A stretch of 64,000 nt of DNA from Squalus acanthias (Eukaryota). Below, piece by piece: positions 25,640 through 38,334 of the stretch. The notes under the pieces are model-generated. The model searched no databases. It saw nothing but the letters and a program-made list of their open reading frames with translations, and was not told the origin of the DNA. The DNA lies in NCBI GenBank assembly GCA_030390025.1, contig CM059432.1, positions 47,618,001 to 47,682,000 on the forward strand, written 5' to 3'. Position numbers and translations under genes: made by a program. Position 1 is the stretch's first letter; the number at the start of each line of letters is the position of its first letter.

Positions 25640-27784
25640 AGATACTGGGGAAGCTGCAACACAGGACTACATGCATGCTAAACAGCAGAAGCAGCATGCT
25701 ATAGACAGAGCTAAGTGATCCCACAACAAACGTATCCGATCGAAGCTTTGCAGTTCTGCCACATCCAGTCGTGAACGGTGGTGGAGCATTAAACAACTGA
25801 CAGGAGGAGGAGGCTCCATGTGCACCCTGTCGTAAGAATGAGCCTTACGCGTGATGAACTTAAAGTAAGCTTTAATCAACTAAAAAGGTGCTACATACAA
25901 AAGAGGTCTTACTCTATGCCTCTCCAGGATCCAACTGATCAGTCCAGTATTTATCCTGGACTAATCACAGGAAGTGATGCAATAAAGTTCGAGTCACAGG
26001 AAGCTGTATTGTGTTACCACACACCCCCAGCCTCAATAACGGCGGAGCCCAGCACGCAAGTGCAAAAGACAAGGCTGAAGCGTTTGCAACCATCTTCAGC
26101 CGAAGTGCTGAGTGGATGATCCATATTGGCCTCCTCCTGAGTGCCGCACCATCACAATAGCCAGGCTTCAGCCAATTCGATTCACTCCACGTGATATCAA
26201 GAAACGGATGAGCGCACTGGATACAGCAAAGGCTATGGGCCCCGACAACATCCCAGCTGTTGTGCTGAAGACTTGTGCTCCAGAACTAGCCGCGCCTTTA
26301 GCCAAGCTGTTCCAGTACAGCTACAACACTGGCATCTAACCGACAATGTGGTAAACTGCCCAGGTATGTCCTGTCCACAAAATGCAGGACAAATCTAATC
26401 CGGCCAATTACTGCCCCATCAATCTACTCTCAATCATCAGCAAAGTGATGGAAGGTGTTGTTGACAGTGCTATCAAGCAGCACTTACTCACCAATAACCT
26501 GGTCACTGATGCTCAGTTTGGGTTCTGCCAGGACCACTCGGCTCCCGACCTCATTACAGCCTTGGTCCAAACATGAACAAGAGAGCTGAATTCCAGAGGT
26601 GAGGTGAGAGTGAATGCCCTTGACATAAAGGCAGCATTTGAGCAAGTGTGGCATCAAGGAGCCCTAGTAAAACTGAAGTCAAAGGGAATCAGGGGGAGAA
26701 ACTCTCCACTGGCTGGAGTCATACCTAGCACAAACGAAGATGGTTGTGGTGGTTGTAGGTCAATCATCTCAGCCCCAGGACATCGCTGCAGGAGTTCCTT
26801 AGGACAGTGTCCTAAGCCCAACCATCTTCAGCTGCTTCATCAATGACCTTCCCTGCATCATAAGGTCAGAAGTGGGGATGTTTGCTGATGATTGCACAGT
26901 GTGCATTTGCATTCGCAAATCCTCAGATAATGAAGCAGTTTATGCCCGCATGCAGCAAGACCTAGACGACATTCAGGCTTGAGCTGATAAGTGGCAGGTA
27001 ACATTCGCGCCACACAAGTGCCAGGCAATGACTATCTCCAACAAGAGAGCATCTAACCACCGCCCCTTGACATTCAACGGCATTACCATCGCCGAATCCC
27101 CCAGCATCAACATCCTGGGGGGGGTCACCATTGACCAGAAACTTAACTGGACCAGCCACATAAATACTGTGGCAACAACAGCAGGTCAGAGGCTAGGTAT
27201 TCTGCGACGAGTGTCTCAGCTCCTGACTCCCCAAAGCCTTTCCACCATCTACAAGGCACAAGTAAGGAGAGTGATGGAATAGTCTCCACTTGCCTGGATG
27301 AGTGCAGCTCAAACACACTCCAGAAGCTTGACACCATCCAGGACAAAGCAGCCCGCTTGATTGGCACCTCATCCACCACCTTAAACATTCACTCCCACCA
27401 CCACCGGCGCACCGTGGCTGCAGATGTACCATCTACAAGATGCACTCCTGCAACTCGCCAAGGTTTCTTCGACACTATCTCTCAAACATGCGGCTTCCAC
27501 CACTGAGAAGGACAAGGACAGCAGTTGCATGGGAACACCATCACCTCCAAGTTCCGCTCCAAATCATATATCATCCCGACAGACATATATCGCTATTCCT
27601 AAACTGTCGCTGGGTCAAAATCCTTGCACTCCCTACCCAGCAGCATTGTGGGAGCACCTTCACCACATGGACTGCAGCAGTTCAAGAAGGCGGCCAACCA
27701 CTACATTCTCAAGGGCAAATAGGGATGGATAATAAATGCCAGTCTTGCCAGTGATGGCCACATCACAAGAATGAATAAAAAAAA
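25640..27784 (+). mobile_element. decayed CR1/L2-group LINE with LF-SINE-like 3' tail
   Basis: KAMGPDNIP, LDIKAAFEQVWH, MFADD, IYKAQVR.VME motifs; 3' end ttcaagaaggcggcc..ctcaagggcaaatagggatggataataaatgccagtcttgccagtgatggccacatc..aataaaaaaaa. Confidence 0.8.
25828..26021 (-). mobile_element. 194-bp solo LTR
   Basis: TGT...ACA termini with short inverted ends (tgtcgtaa/ttaccaca); 5-bp duplication caccc (25823-25827, 26022-26026); TATA-like gataaata then attaaa on the minus strand; interrupts the host LINE. Confidence 0.7.
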
Positions 27785-28064
27785 GTGGTTTGATAAGCTT
27801 CAATAAACCACAATGCTGACACTTAATTTGATACTTTATTTCTTCAGCTATTCTCTAGTATCTTCATTTTAGGAATAACCTTTCATTGCCAAATTGCAAG
27901 GACACATTCCGCTTCTGTAAGCTTAGGGGTATACTATTAACAATACTACTTAAAAAGTACCTGCAAATTCTGAGGGGAGCAATTACAAGGCCTGCAAGTA
28001 AAATTTTACTGAGCCAACTAAGCTTCTAAGTAGAATGAGATTTCCTGCACATAAATAACATCAG

Positions 28065-28420
28065 CTTGACTCAGAAGGTAGCACTTTCACCTCAACAGTC
28101 ATAAGGTTGTGCGCCTTCAAGGTCCACTGCAAAAACTGAGCATCTAATCTAGGCTGAGCCTCAAGTGCAGTACTTGAGGGAATGCTGCAACATTCAAAGT
28201 GTCATCCTTTGAATAAGATGTTAAAGTGAGGCCCAGCCCCCTGCTCTGGTATTTGAGGGATTTGCTCAAGATTCCAGGGCACTATTTTAAGATGATCAGC
28301 AAGCTCTCCTGATGTCTTGGCCAACATTTTTCCCTTAACTAACAGCACCAAAACTCAGATTAACTGGCCATTCCTGTCCCTGTTGTTTGTGACATGGCTG
28401 TGTCAATAAACTTCAAAGTA
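28065..28420 (+). mobile_element. old Deu-domain SINE copy
   Basis: Diverged similarity to 6748-7160 (tctaggctga..gtgcagtact..gaggcc..ggcactattt..gtttgtg). Confidence 0.6.
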
Positions 28421-29585
28421 ACATTTCATGTGTTTATATATTATCTCTCAAAGCACTTCACAAATCTTTCTTTAAGCAACACAATCACAGAGCCATTATA
28501 CAATAGATGTTAGTCTGAAACAGGTACCTGTTTAGAACAAAAAGGATTCAGCAACACTGTGGGCTCTGAATCAATCTCTGACCAGGAAAAACTGAGTTAC
28601 TTGTATACGCATGCTTGCATCGATGCTCAGAGCTCTGTTCACTGGTATCCAAATGCTGTTTAATTGAACTTTTTAAAACATTTGGCACCAGTTGAGATAT
28701 ATTGTAAAGCCCAAAGCAGCGCAAGAATGCCTTTGTGAGGTGGTCTCACTCTGCGCGCTTAAATTTTATTTATTTGGACGATGTACGAAAGAGTTTACCT
28801 CAATGTGAAGCCAGAACCACATCACCAGTGCAAACCTTAGATGAGTTTAACTGACCTATGAGACACTGCTTATTCATCGTAGTAAAAGGTACCATATCAT
28901 CAGGCTGTCCTCTACAAATAAAACATACTGAAAGCAGAAAAATATTTGATCCCAATGGGACAGACTATAGCATTTAATACGCTTAATTTCGTTTTTATTT
29001 TGAGTTATTTCAATGTTTCCAGGGTATCTTCAGAAATAACTAACTCCTGCTACCACACAGAATTTATTTATTGCCTGATGCAATTCTAACAAATAAAACT
29101 TTCCCTGCAGGGTTCAAGGTTAGATAAAAAGTAAAAAATAAAAAACTTCAAAAATGTCCCAACCAGGAATGTGCAATACAGAGCACCAATCAATAAAGCC
29201 AATAGGATGCTGAACTAAAATGGTACAATACAAGTCAAAGGAAGTTGTGATCAAACTGTACTGTGCTCTGGTTAGATTACAATTACCTTGCATACGGTGT
29301 CCAGTTGTGGTCACCAAAAAAACAAGAGAGACATTCAAGCACTAGAGATATAGATTTTTGGGATATGGGATCGGACAGGAAAGTGGAGTTGAGGTCGAAG
29401 ATCAGCCATGATCTTATTGAATGGCGGAGCAGGCTCGAAAGGCCGTATGGCCTACTCCTGCTCCTAATTCTTATGTTCTTATGTTGAGAGTGTGCAAACA
29501 AGAGCCACAAGGCTGATCCCTGGTATTAAAGATCTGTCTCAGTTATGAGAAAGGTTATGTCTGATAGGTAATCATAGAGGTATAC

Positions 29586-30449
29586 TGCCCCCGTCACACA
29601 GTACTGCCCGCCGATTATCAAAATCAACGACAAGGTCTTGGACAACGTGAACCACTTTCCATACCTCGGGAGCCTACGACCAACAAGGGCAGACGTCGAT
29701 GATGAAGTTCAACACTGCCTTCAGTGTGCGAGTGCAGCCTTTGGTCGCCTGAGGAAGAGAGTGTTTGAAGACCAGGACCTCAAACCCAGCACCAAGCTCA
29801 TGGTCTACAGAGCAGTAGTGATACCCGCCCTCCTGAATGCCTCAGAGACATGGACCATTTACAGCAGGCACCTCAAAGCACTGGAGAGGTACCACCAACG
29901 CTGCCTCCGCAAGATCCTGCAAATCCATTGGCAGTATAGGTGCACCAATGTCAGTGTTCTTGCTCAGGCCAACAGCCCCAGCATTGAAGCTTTGACCACG
30001 CTCAATCAGCTCCGATGGACGGGTCACATCGTCCGCATGCCCGATACGAGACTGCCAAAACAAGCGCTCTACTCGGAGCTCCGACATGGCAAGAGAGCCC
30101 CAGGTGGGCAGAGGAAACGCTTCAAGGACATCCTCAAAGTCTCCTTGAAAAAGTGCAACATCCCCACCGACACCTGGGAATCCCTGGCCCAAGACCGCAC
30201 AAAGTGGAGGAGAAGCATCCGGGAAGGCACCGAACATCTCGAGTCTCTTCGCTGGGAGCAAGCGGAAGCCAAACGCAAGGAGTGCACATCAACCCAAGCA
30301 CCCCACCCACCCGCCCCTTCAACCATCGTCCGCCCCACCTGTGATAGAGACTGTAGGTCCCACATTGGACTCATCAGTCACCTGAGAACTCATTTTTAAT
30401 GTGGAAGCAAGTCATCCTCGGTTCCGAGGGACTGCCTAAGAAGAAGATG
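29586..30449 (+). mobile_element. RTE-clade (BovB-like) LINE 3' fragment
   Basis: Open 253-codon frame HFPYLGS..ASAAFGRLRKRV..KLMVYRAVVIPALL.ASETW..QLRWTGHIVRM..CDRDCRSHIGLISHLRTH; short 3'UTR ending in aagaagaagatga. Confidence 0.88.
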
Positions 30450-30659
30450 ATACAAGACTGTCAAGGGAATGGAAAATATAAATCCAAAACATTACTTTAA
30501 ATTGTGGAGTTAGCACAAGGGGACACAGATTGAAACCAGTAAAAACTTAATTTTAGGAATATCATCAGGAAATTCGATTTTACACAAAGAATGATCAACA
30601 CTTGGAATGGACTTTCAGACATAGTGGACACGGAAACCCTGGGACCTTTTAACAGGATA

Positions 30660-31022
30660 CAGGAAACTCTTTATTAACCGGCACCCAAATATCCGGAAAT
30701 CTCTCTTAACCGGCAAAATTCTTGAGTAGGTAACCGGGGTTTTCCTTCATCTCTCGTTTAAAATTAACTTTAAAAAAACCCCGAGGTGTTTGCCTTGTAT
30801 CGGAGCGTGTAGATTGGGAGGGGAATGTGCAGCCCGGGTAGGCAGCGGACACGTCAGATGGTCAGCTGGCGGTTCCCGGGGAGACGGAGCTCCGAATGCA
30901 GGCTCATGTCAATGTGTACGGGGCTCTCGTACGTTGGGAGATATAACTCTCCGTTATCCGGACTTTTTGATTAACCGGCACCACGCCGGTCCCGTCGGTG
31001 CCGGTTAATAAATAGTTTCCTG
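30660..31022. mobile_element. Tc1/mariner-type (Tigger-like) MITE, copy 1
   Basis: TIR caggaaactctttattaaccggcacc, TA duplication at both ends, subterminal ttaaccggca repeats. Confidence 0.85.
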
Positions 31023-31884
31023 TACTATAATAGGGGGATTTTCAAATCGTTCTGAATGGATAAATTAAGATTGGTCAAATGGCCTTCCTCATCCTAATTA
31101 TCTTGTGAACATCCTCTAATGTATTGAGTGCAGGACCATTACAAAATATCCAAGCTTTATATCGTCTGTATTAGTATTTCCTCGATACAACAGTGACTGC
31201 ACTCCAAAAGTACTTCATTGGCTGTACAGCACTGTGGGACGCCCGGTGGTTGTGAAAGGCGCTATATAAATGCAAGTCTTTCTTTCTTTTAGTATAGTGC
31301 TACAGCTATGAAACCTCAAACTCTTGTGCAAGAAAAGGGATGCTCTCAATCATCTTTAAAAACTGATTTTGTTTTATAAAAATACTGATTTAAAAAACAA
31401 AATAGACTGCTTGGACATCAAAATGGTACAGCGCTCTGCTACGCATATAAAACGCTCAATTATACAGGGGTGCTCAAACAGAATTGATGATATCATCAGG
31501 GAGACACATCACCACAGCTTGGGGTGAAGAACTGGCAGGAGTCGTCTCATCGGTTCTGTGCAAAGACAGCTTGATATTTCAGATGTGTAGCCTTCATCAG
31601 AATAAGACACTTGAACATCATAACGTCTTTTCTGCTCATAGACGCGGACTGACCAACCCGTTGTGGAGTTCCAGCTTTTCCGTTTTAGATTTCAGATTTC
31701 CAAAATATGCATTTTTTTCCTTTATATCTGATCAGTTATTGTTTTGGGGGAGAAATTCTATGAACAATCTATCGTAGAACCTTAGATGTGTATTACAAAA
31801 GGCTATATTTTATCTCTTTTCCTTTAGCAAAATGTATAGAATATTTGTGGCATACATACTGGTGATTTATGCTTCCATTGAAGT

Positions 31885-32435
31885 AGAATCATAAACATTT
31901 ACGGCACGGAAGGAGGCGATTTGGCCCATCGTGTCTGTGCCAGTCGAAAAAGAGCTATCTAGCCTAATCGACCCACCTCGTTACCTCAAAACATTCAATC
32001 AAGTTAGTCAGATACGACCTTCCCTTAATAAATCCATGCTGACTGTCCTTGATTAATCCGTGCCTTTCTAAATGACGATTAATACCGTCCCTCAGAATTT
32101 TTCCAATGATTTGCCCCCCACCGACGTTAGACTGACTGGCCTGTAATTACTCGGTCTATCCCTTTCTCCCTTTTTAAACAACGGTACAATGTTAGCAGTC
32201 CTCGAGTCCTCCGGCACCACACCTGTAGCCAGAGAGGATTGGTAAATGATGGTCAGAGCCTCCGCTATTTCCTCCCTTGCTTCTCTTGACAGCCTGGAAT
32301 ACATTTCATTCGGGCCTGGTGATTTAAAGATGCTAAACCCCTTAATATTTCTTCTCTCACTATGTTTTATCTCATCTAATATTTCACACTCCTCCTCCTT
32401 AACTACAATGTCCGCATCGTCCCTCTCCTTTTTTT
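31885..32435 (-). mobile_element. CR1 fragments (3' tail joined to RT region)
   Basis: ANIVPLFKKGERDRPSNYRPVSLTSV; ctatgattcta-type tail at the left end. Confidence 0.8.
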
Positions 32436-32675
32436 GTTAGCAATTGTTTTAATGACAGAAGAGAAATCTGGTCTGCTTTCATACACTTTTTTCTCTTTTG
32501 TGCTGGAGACATTCCCAATTTTTTTAAATTGTTCTAAATTTTTGAATAAACTTTTTTTTCAGTTTCGTTTTATTTCTTACCCTCTCTGTACTATTGCAAA
32601 ACAATTGTTATTAAAATAAGTGGTATAGTTACAAGAATTTTCTGCCAAAAAACTCTCATAGATTTCCATACTTAC

Positions 32676-32758
32676 TCGAATAAAGAATTCTGTAAATGCT
32701 CCTCTCAAGGTGCATAATAGGGGATTGTAAAATTCTAGCAGTTTATTATGATCATATC
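32676..32758 (-). other. candidate exon (83 nt)
   Basis: Minus strand ctcttcccAG|GATATG...TTCGA|gtaagt; single open frame YDHNKLLEFYNPLLCTLRGAFTEFFIR, not recognised. Confidence 0.4.
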
Positions 32759-33689
32759 CTGGGAAGAGCCTGTTTATTCTCAATAAAGACATAGCATTTA
32801 ATCAACTAAAAACAATTATTTAGCTGTAAAATTCCCAGTTTTAGCAATTCCTTCACCATGGTAATCATTACTGATGTTATTTCTAGAATTCCAGTCAGAA
32901 GCTTAATTTCTATTTCTGCATTCATGCTCAGGCAGTAGACAGGTTATACTGCTGACTGCTGACCCTATGCTTAGCTCAGTTACAACTGAGAGTTGTGCAC
33001 GCATATTTGGATGCTTGCGCGGAGCTTCACTAATTTTGAATGTTACGAGACTACAGACAGGCTTTTTTCATAATATTCAGAAAAGCCAAGTAAGTTTATA
33101 CAGTCTCCAGGAGATCCAAATGATTGTCTGAGCACTTTTAAAGTGCAGCTCTGCGTCAGGCCGAAGCTATACTGTGCCCAGTGCAACGTCCAAGCGCCAC
33201 AAGGCTACAAGTCTCACAACTCATGCTTTAGTGTGCTCGAGTTACACTGCTAACCTGACTCAATTTATATAGCTACCTGTCTGTCAATGTGTAACTAAAA
33301 CCACTTTGCATCCACAAAAAGTGGTAGTATCACTGTCGTCTAAGTGACAAATGCATTACAATGTTGACTGAGGCCAATCAAAATAAAACCTAATCGCTCA
33401 TCACTTACTTATAATAAAATAGAGGTTAAGTAAGTACAACATTTTTTGTTTTAATTATACAATCATCAGTAAACCATCTGACTGGCAGTCACAGCTAAAT
33501 CTAATCCTGTCCGCATCCAGTGATAATTTTGGTTCAAATTGTATGATGAAAAATACAAACCAGTGGCCTTGATTACTAAAAATTAGTTTAACAATGTAAT
33601 TCCATTAATCTTTGACCTTTTTAATCTGCGGGTACGAAGGAAAAATGTTCCAGATTCTAGGTAGGTTGGATATAGGAAGTATATCCGAT

Positions 33690-34570
33690 TAGCATGAAGT
33701 TGGGGGGAGGGGGAGGAAAAGAGGCATGTGGGTTGCTTGTGTTGGGAGGTGGTCCTGGGCTCGAGAACAGGAGTCATGACACGTGGGAGTATTGGGGAAC
33801 AGTGGCTGGGGAGGGTGATGGAATAGGTGACAAGGGCGCAGTTTGTGGCAGGAGCCAAAGAAGATGGATCTAGTCTTCCCAATGTTTAGCTGGAAGAAAT
33901 GTTGGCTCATCCAACACTGGATGTCAGACAAGCAGTCTGAGAGCACAGAGGTAGTGAAGACGTGAAAGAGATAATGGAGAGATAGAGCTGGATGTCATTA
34001 GTATACATGTGGAAGTTGAGCCAATGTATGCAGATGATGTCGCCAGGGGCTGTTTGTAGATGAGAAACAGGAGGGGGCCAAAGAAAGTTCCTTGGGGAAT
34101 TGGAGGTCATGATGCAGGAGTGGGAAGAGAAGTCATTGCTGGAAATGCTCTAAGATTGGACAGATGAGCGGGGTTAAGCGAGGGCAGTCTCACCAAGCTG
34201 GACAAAGGAGATGTGTGGGAGGAGGATGGTGTGGTTATCTGTGTCAAAAGCTGCAGAGAGGTTGAGATGGATACTGCACCATAGTCAAAGCCACAGCAAA
34301 CATTGTGACTTTGGTTAGGGCCATTTTATTGCTGTTGGAGGGGTGGAAACTTGACTGGAGAGATTCAAATTGGTAAATGCAAGAGATGTTCGTACAAATT
34401 GGTGCAGTGACATGTCCAAGGATTTTAGAGAATAAAGAGAGGTTGGATATGAGGCAGTAGTTTGCAAGGACAGAGGGTAGGTTTTCTGAGGAGTGGGGTG
34501 ATGATGACAGTTTTGAAAGAGAGGGGGACAGTGCCTGAAGTGAGGGAACCAACTACAATGTCAGCAACAT
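33690..34570 (-). mobile_element. decayed L2 LINE fragment
   Basis: LSDCLSDIQCWMSQHFFQLNIGKT, FHMYTNDIQLY, NY.LISNL..FSKIL remnants. Confidence 0.75.
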
Positions 34571-34656
34571 GTCAGCCAGGAAGGGAGTTTGGGTGCCTTT
34601 CATGTCCTTTGAAGTTAGTCACTGTTATTTTGTAGGCAATGTCCCACAAAAAGAGA

Positions 34657-34739
34657 GCGTGTGTGTGTGAGTGAGTGAGTGAGGTGAGTGAGCTTGTGTG
34701 TGTGAGAGTGAGAGCGCGCGTGTGTGAGAGAGCGCGCGC

Positions 34740-34789
<50 letters not shown>

Positions 34790-34790
34790 G
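34657..34790. repeat. compound (GT/GA)n microsatellite
   Basis: Direct reading. Confidence 0.95.
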
Positions 34791-34809
34791 TGGATGACCA
34801 GTTAATTGC

Positions 34810-35190
34810 AACAGTGACTCCACTTCAGAAGTACTTCATTGGCTGTAAAGTGCTTTGAGACATCCGATGGTCGTGAAAGGCGCTATATAAATGCAAGTCT
34901 TTCTTTCTTCTTTCTTAATCTGTTTTAGCCGAGGTGGTTAACAGGTGAATGCTGGCCAGGATACCGGGAGAACTCCCTCCTCCTCTTCAAAAAGTATATT
35001 TTGCATCCACCTGAATAGGCAGTTGGGGCCTTGGCTTGACATCTCATCCAAAAACAGCACCTCCAACAATCCAGCACTCCCTCAATGCTGCACTGAATTG
35101 TCACTCTCCTGGATTATGTGCTCAAGTTCCAAAGTGGGGCTTTAAGTCACAAGCTTCTGACTCAGACAAGAATGCAACCACTTAACCAAG
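34810..35190. mobile_element. two Deu-SINE fragments (+ strand tail 34810-34915; - strand 5' part 34920-35190)
   Basis: Similarity to 6748-7160; a similar tail fragment lies at 31180-31290. Confidence 0.65.
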
Positions 35191-36362
35191 CGGGCAGACA
35201 TTTATGCATTTAAGATATTTGATGGAGATCGTTTGCAAAATGTCTGCACCTAAAAGCATAGTGCAGTGAGCAAACATTGGCATCTGCTCATCAGTTCACC
35301 AGATGAGTTTGTCTCCAATTATCAATAGTCCACTGTTAAACATTCTGGTGTCAATCTAACAGATCAGTGTTAATTTCAAGTCTTGACACAATAGAAAAGT
35401 TACCTAATCCTCTGCAGTACAGCTGCACAAGATAGACAATCAGAAAAAAAATATTTGATTAGACTAGCAAATTGCTTTTGGCTGCTATCTAAACATCTAA
35501 ACAGTCTGGTAATCCCCAGGCTTTTGATAAATACCATTCATTCAAAAAAATCCACTCATTACCAAATACTTCTGGAGAAACAACAACTTGCATTTATATA
35601 GTACCTTTAACTTGGAATAAAGTCCCAAGGCACTTCACAAGCTGAAAGTGCAACTTGTGCTTTATTCCCCTGTGATATGCAAAGTAACAAGTGTTTCAGT
35701 TCAATGAGCACTCACTCACTAGCAGCACAAATTCAGAGGGGAAGCTCATGCATTTAAGTGGAGTGGAAGACCTCATGGCATATTTCCAGAACTGACAGCA
35801 ATTTACAAAGTTTGGTAAGGTGCCAGGCTCTATTTGGCTTGGAAGAACAGTCAGCCAAAGCCTACCACTACCAACATTTTATACTTATTCTCACACACAA
35901 AGATCAGGAAAAATTTAAACTCTAAATTAAAGCTCATGTTGTGAACATTTACAATATAATTAAAAATGAGTGCACTGCTTGGGTTTAAAATTCAATCAGT
36001 TTATCTTCGATTACGCAGGAATGGAATTCTACAGTGAACATTTTAAAGCACAAAGTAGGTAGCTGAAAACATGCAAGGTATGTGGTTGAAGAAAACACTA
36101 CAAACTCCAAAGAGATTGAAAACGAAAAGAAACAGAAAAAAGCTGCGATAAAATTAAACCAAAAAGTTTCTCCATTTACTCTCAAACAGCTTGCAGAGTA
36201 AAAGGAGAAAAATGAAGATATGCAAAAACAATTTTTAAAAAGTGAGAAGGCACAGTGTGCGACGAAGGAAATCATTTATTAAATATGGCGAAACTCTGAT
36301 TGAGGTGGCAAGCTAGTACTCAACTACTAGCATTAACTCCATGGATCGGTCCGAAAAATATT

Positions 36363-36770
36363 GGCACTGAATTTGTGGGGAAATGCCTCCGATCCGCAAA
36401 TAAAATGCCCGTGTACCTGGTGGTCCGGAGACTCTGACCTCTCCGGGTACCCGCGGGCAGAGGCCCACGTATCCCAGAGGCGCAGGTCATCCCATGTGGG
36501 TCAGCCCAACCAATAAAAGAAGGGAATCCCCATTCATGCTTATGGGGATTTCGTACGTACGGAAACCCCATAAGCATGAATGGAAATACCTCCAAAAATA
36601 CATCTACACTTCAAATAAATAAAAAATTAATTAAAATGCCATTTAATTAAATATTTAAAACAAAAATGTATTTTTCTGAAAAATAAATTTAAATGTTTTA
36701 AAGGGGCTAAAAATAAACTTACCTTATTGTACAGGTTTTTTTAATGTATAAATGATTGATAAAAATTTAT
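36363..36770. mobile_element. truncated hairpin-bearing MITE related in layout to 4932-5700
   Basis: GC-rich end followed by AT-rich core; 18-bp perfect hairpin 36530-36583; cut by the adjacent CR1. Confidence 0.5.
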
Positions 36771-38325
36771 TGGAGAAATTAATGGGACTGAAAGCCGATA
36801 AATCCCCTGGACCTGATGGCCTACATCCTAGGGTTTTAAAATAGAGATAGTGGATGCATTGGTTGTCAACTTCCAAAATTCCATAGATTCTAGAACGGTT
36901 CCCGCAGAGTGGAAGGTAGCAAATGTAACCCCACTATTTAAGAAAGGAGAGAGAGAGAACTACAGACCAGTTAGCCTGACATCAGTAGTAGGGAAAATGC
37001 TAGAATCTATTATTAAGGGCGTGGTAACAGGGCACTTAGAAAATAATAAGATTGGGCAGCGTCAACACAGATTTATGAAAGGGAAATCATGTATGACGAA
37101 TCTGTTAAGAGTTTTTTGAGGTTGTAACTAGCAGAATAGATAAGGGGGAACCAGTGGATGTGGTGTATTTGGATTTTCAAAAGACATTCGATAAGGTGCC
37201 ACACAAGAGGTTATTAAATAAAATTAGGGCTCATGGGATTGGGGGTAATATACAAGCATGGATTGAGGATTGGTTAACAGACAGAAAACAGAGAGTAGGA
37301 ATAAACGGGTCATTTTCAGGTTGGTAGGCTGTAACTAGTGGGGTACCACAAGGATCAGTGCTTGGGCCTCAGCTATTCACAATCTATATCAATGATTTGG
37401 ATGAGGGGACCAAATGTAATATATCCAAGTTTGCTGATGATACAAGCTAGGTGGGAATGTAAGTTGTGAGGAGGATGCAAAGAGGCTTCAGGGGATATAG
37501 TCAGGCTAAGTGAGTGGGCAAGAACATGGCAAATGGAATATAATGTGGAGAAATGTGAAGTTATCCATTTTGGTAGGAAAAATAGAAAAGCAGAGTATTT
37601 TTTAAATGGAGAGAGATTGGGAAATGTTGGTGTTCAGAGGGACCTGGGTGTCCTTGTACACGAATCACTGAAAGTTAACATGTAGGTACAGCAAGCAATT
37701 AGGAAAGCAAATGGTATGTTGGCCTTTATTACAAGAGGATTTGAGTATAAGACGTCTTACTGCAATTATATAGGGCCCTGGTGAGACCACACTTGGAGTA
37801 TTGTGTACAGATTTGGTCTCCTTAACTAAGAGGAAGTGCAATGAAGGGTCACCAGACTGATTCCTAGGATGGGGGGATTGTCCTATGAGGAGAGATTGAG
37901 TAGACTAGGCCTATATTCTCTAGAGTTTAGAAGAATGAGAGGTGATCTCATTGAAACATACAAAATTCTTACAGGGCTTGACAGGGTAGATGCAAGGAAG
38001 ATGTTTCCCCTGGCTGGGGAGTCTAGAACCAGGGGGTCACAGTCTCAGAATTAGGCCATTTAGGACTGAGATGAGGAGAAATTTCCTCACTTAAATGGTG
38101 GTGAATCTTTGGAATTCTCTACCCCATAGGGCTGTGGAGGCTCAGTCGTTGAGTATAAAAACAAGACAGAGATCGATAGATTTTTGGATATCAAGGGAAT
38201 CAAGGGATATGGGGATAGTGCAGGAAAGTGGAGTTGAGGTAGAAGATCAGCCATGATCTTATTGAATGGCGGAGCGGCGAGGGGCCGAATGGCCTACTCC
38301 TGCTCCTATTTTTTATATTCTTATG
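36770..38325 (+). mobile_element. 5'-truncated CR1 LINE, closely similar to 21491-24536
   Basis: KSPGPDG, ANVTPLFKKG, FADD-region DNA, CR1 3'UTR. Confidence 0.9.
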
Positions 38326-38334
38326 TTGCCTTGT

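Larger units (their letters stand above)
29190..31110 (+). mobile_element. old CR1 3' remnant carrying nested CR1 tail (~29350-29485), RTE and MITE insertions
   Basis: tgtccagttgtggtcacc (CVQ.WSP), acaaggggacacaga (TRGH) and atggccttcctcatc tail pieces on either side of the insertions. Confidence 0.55.
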
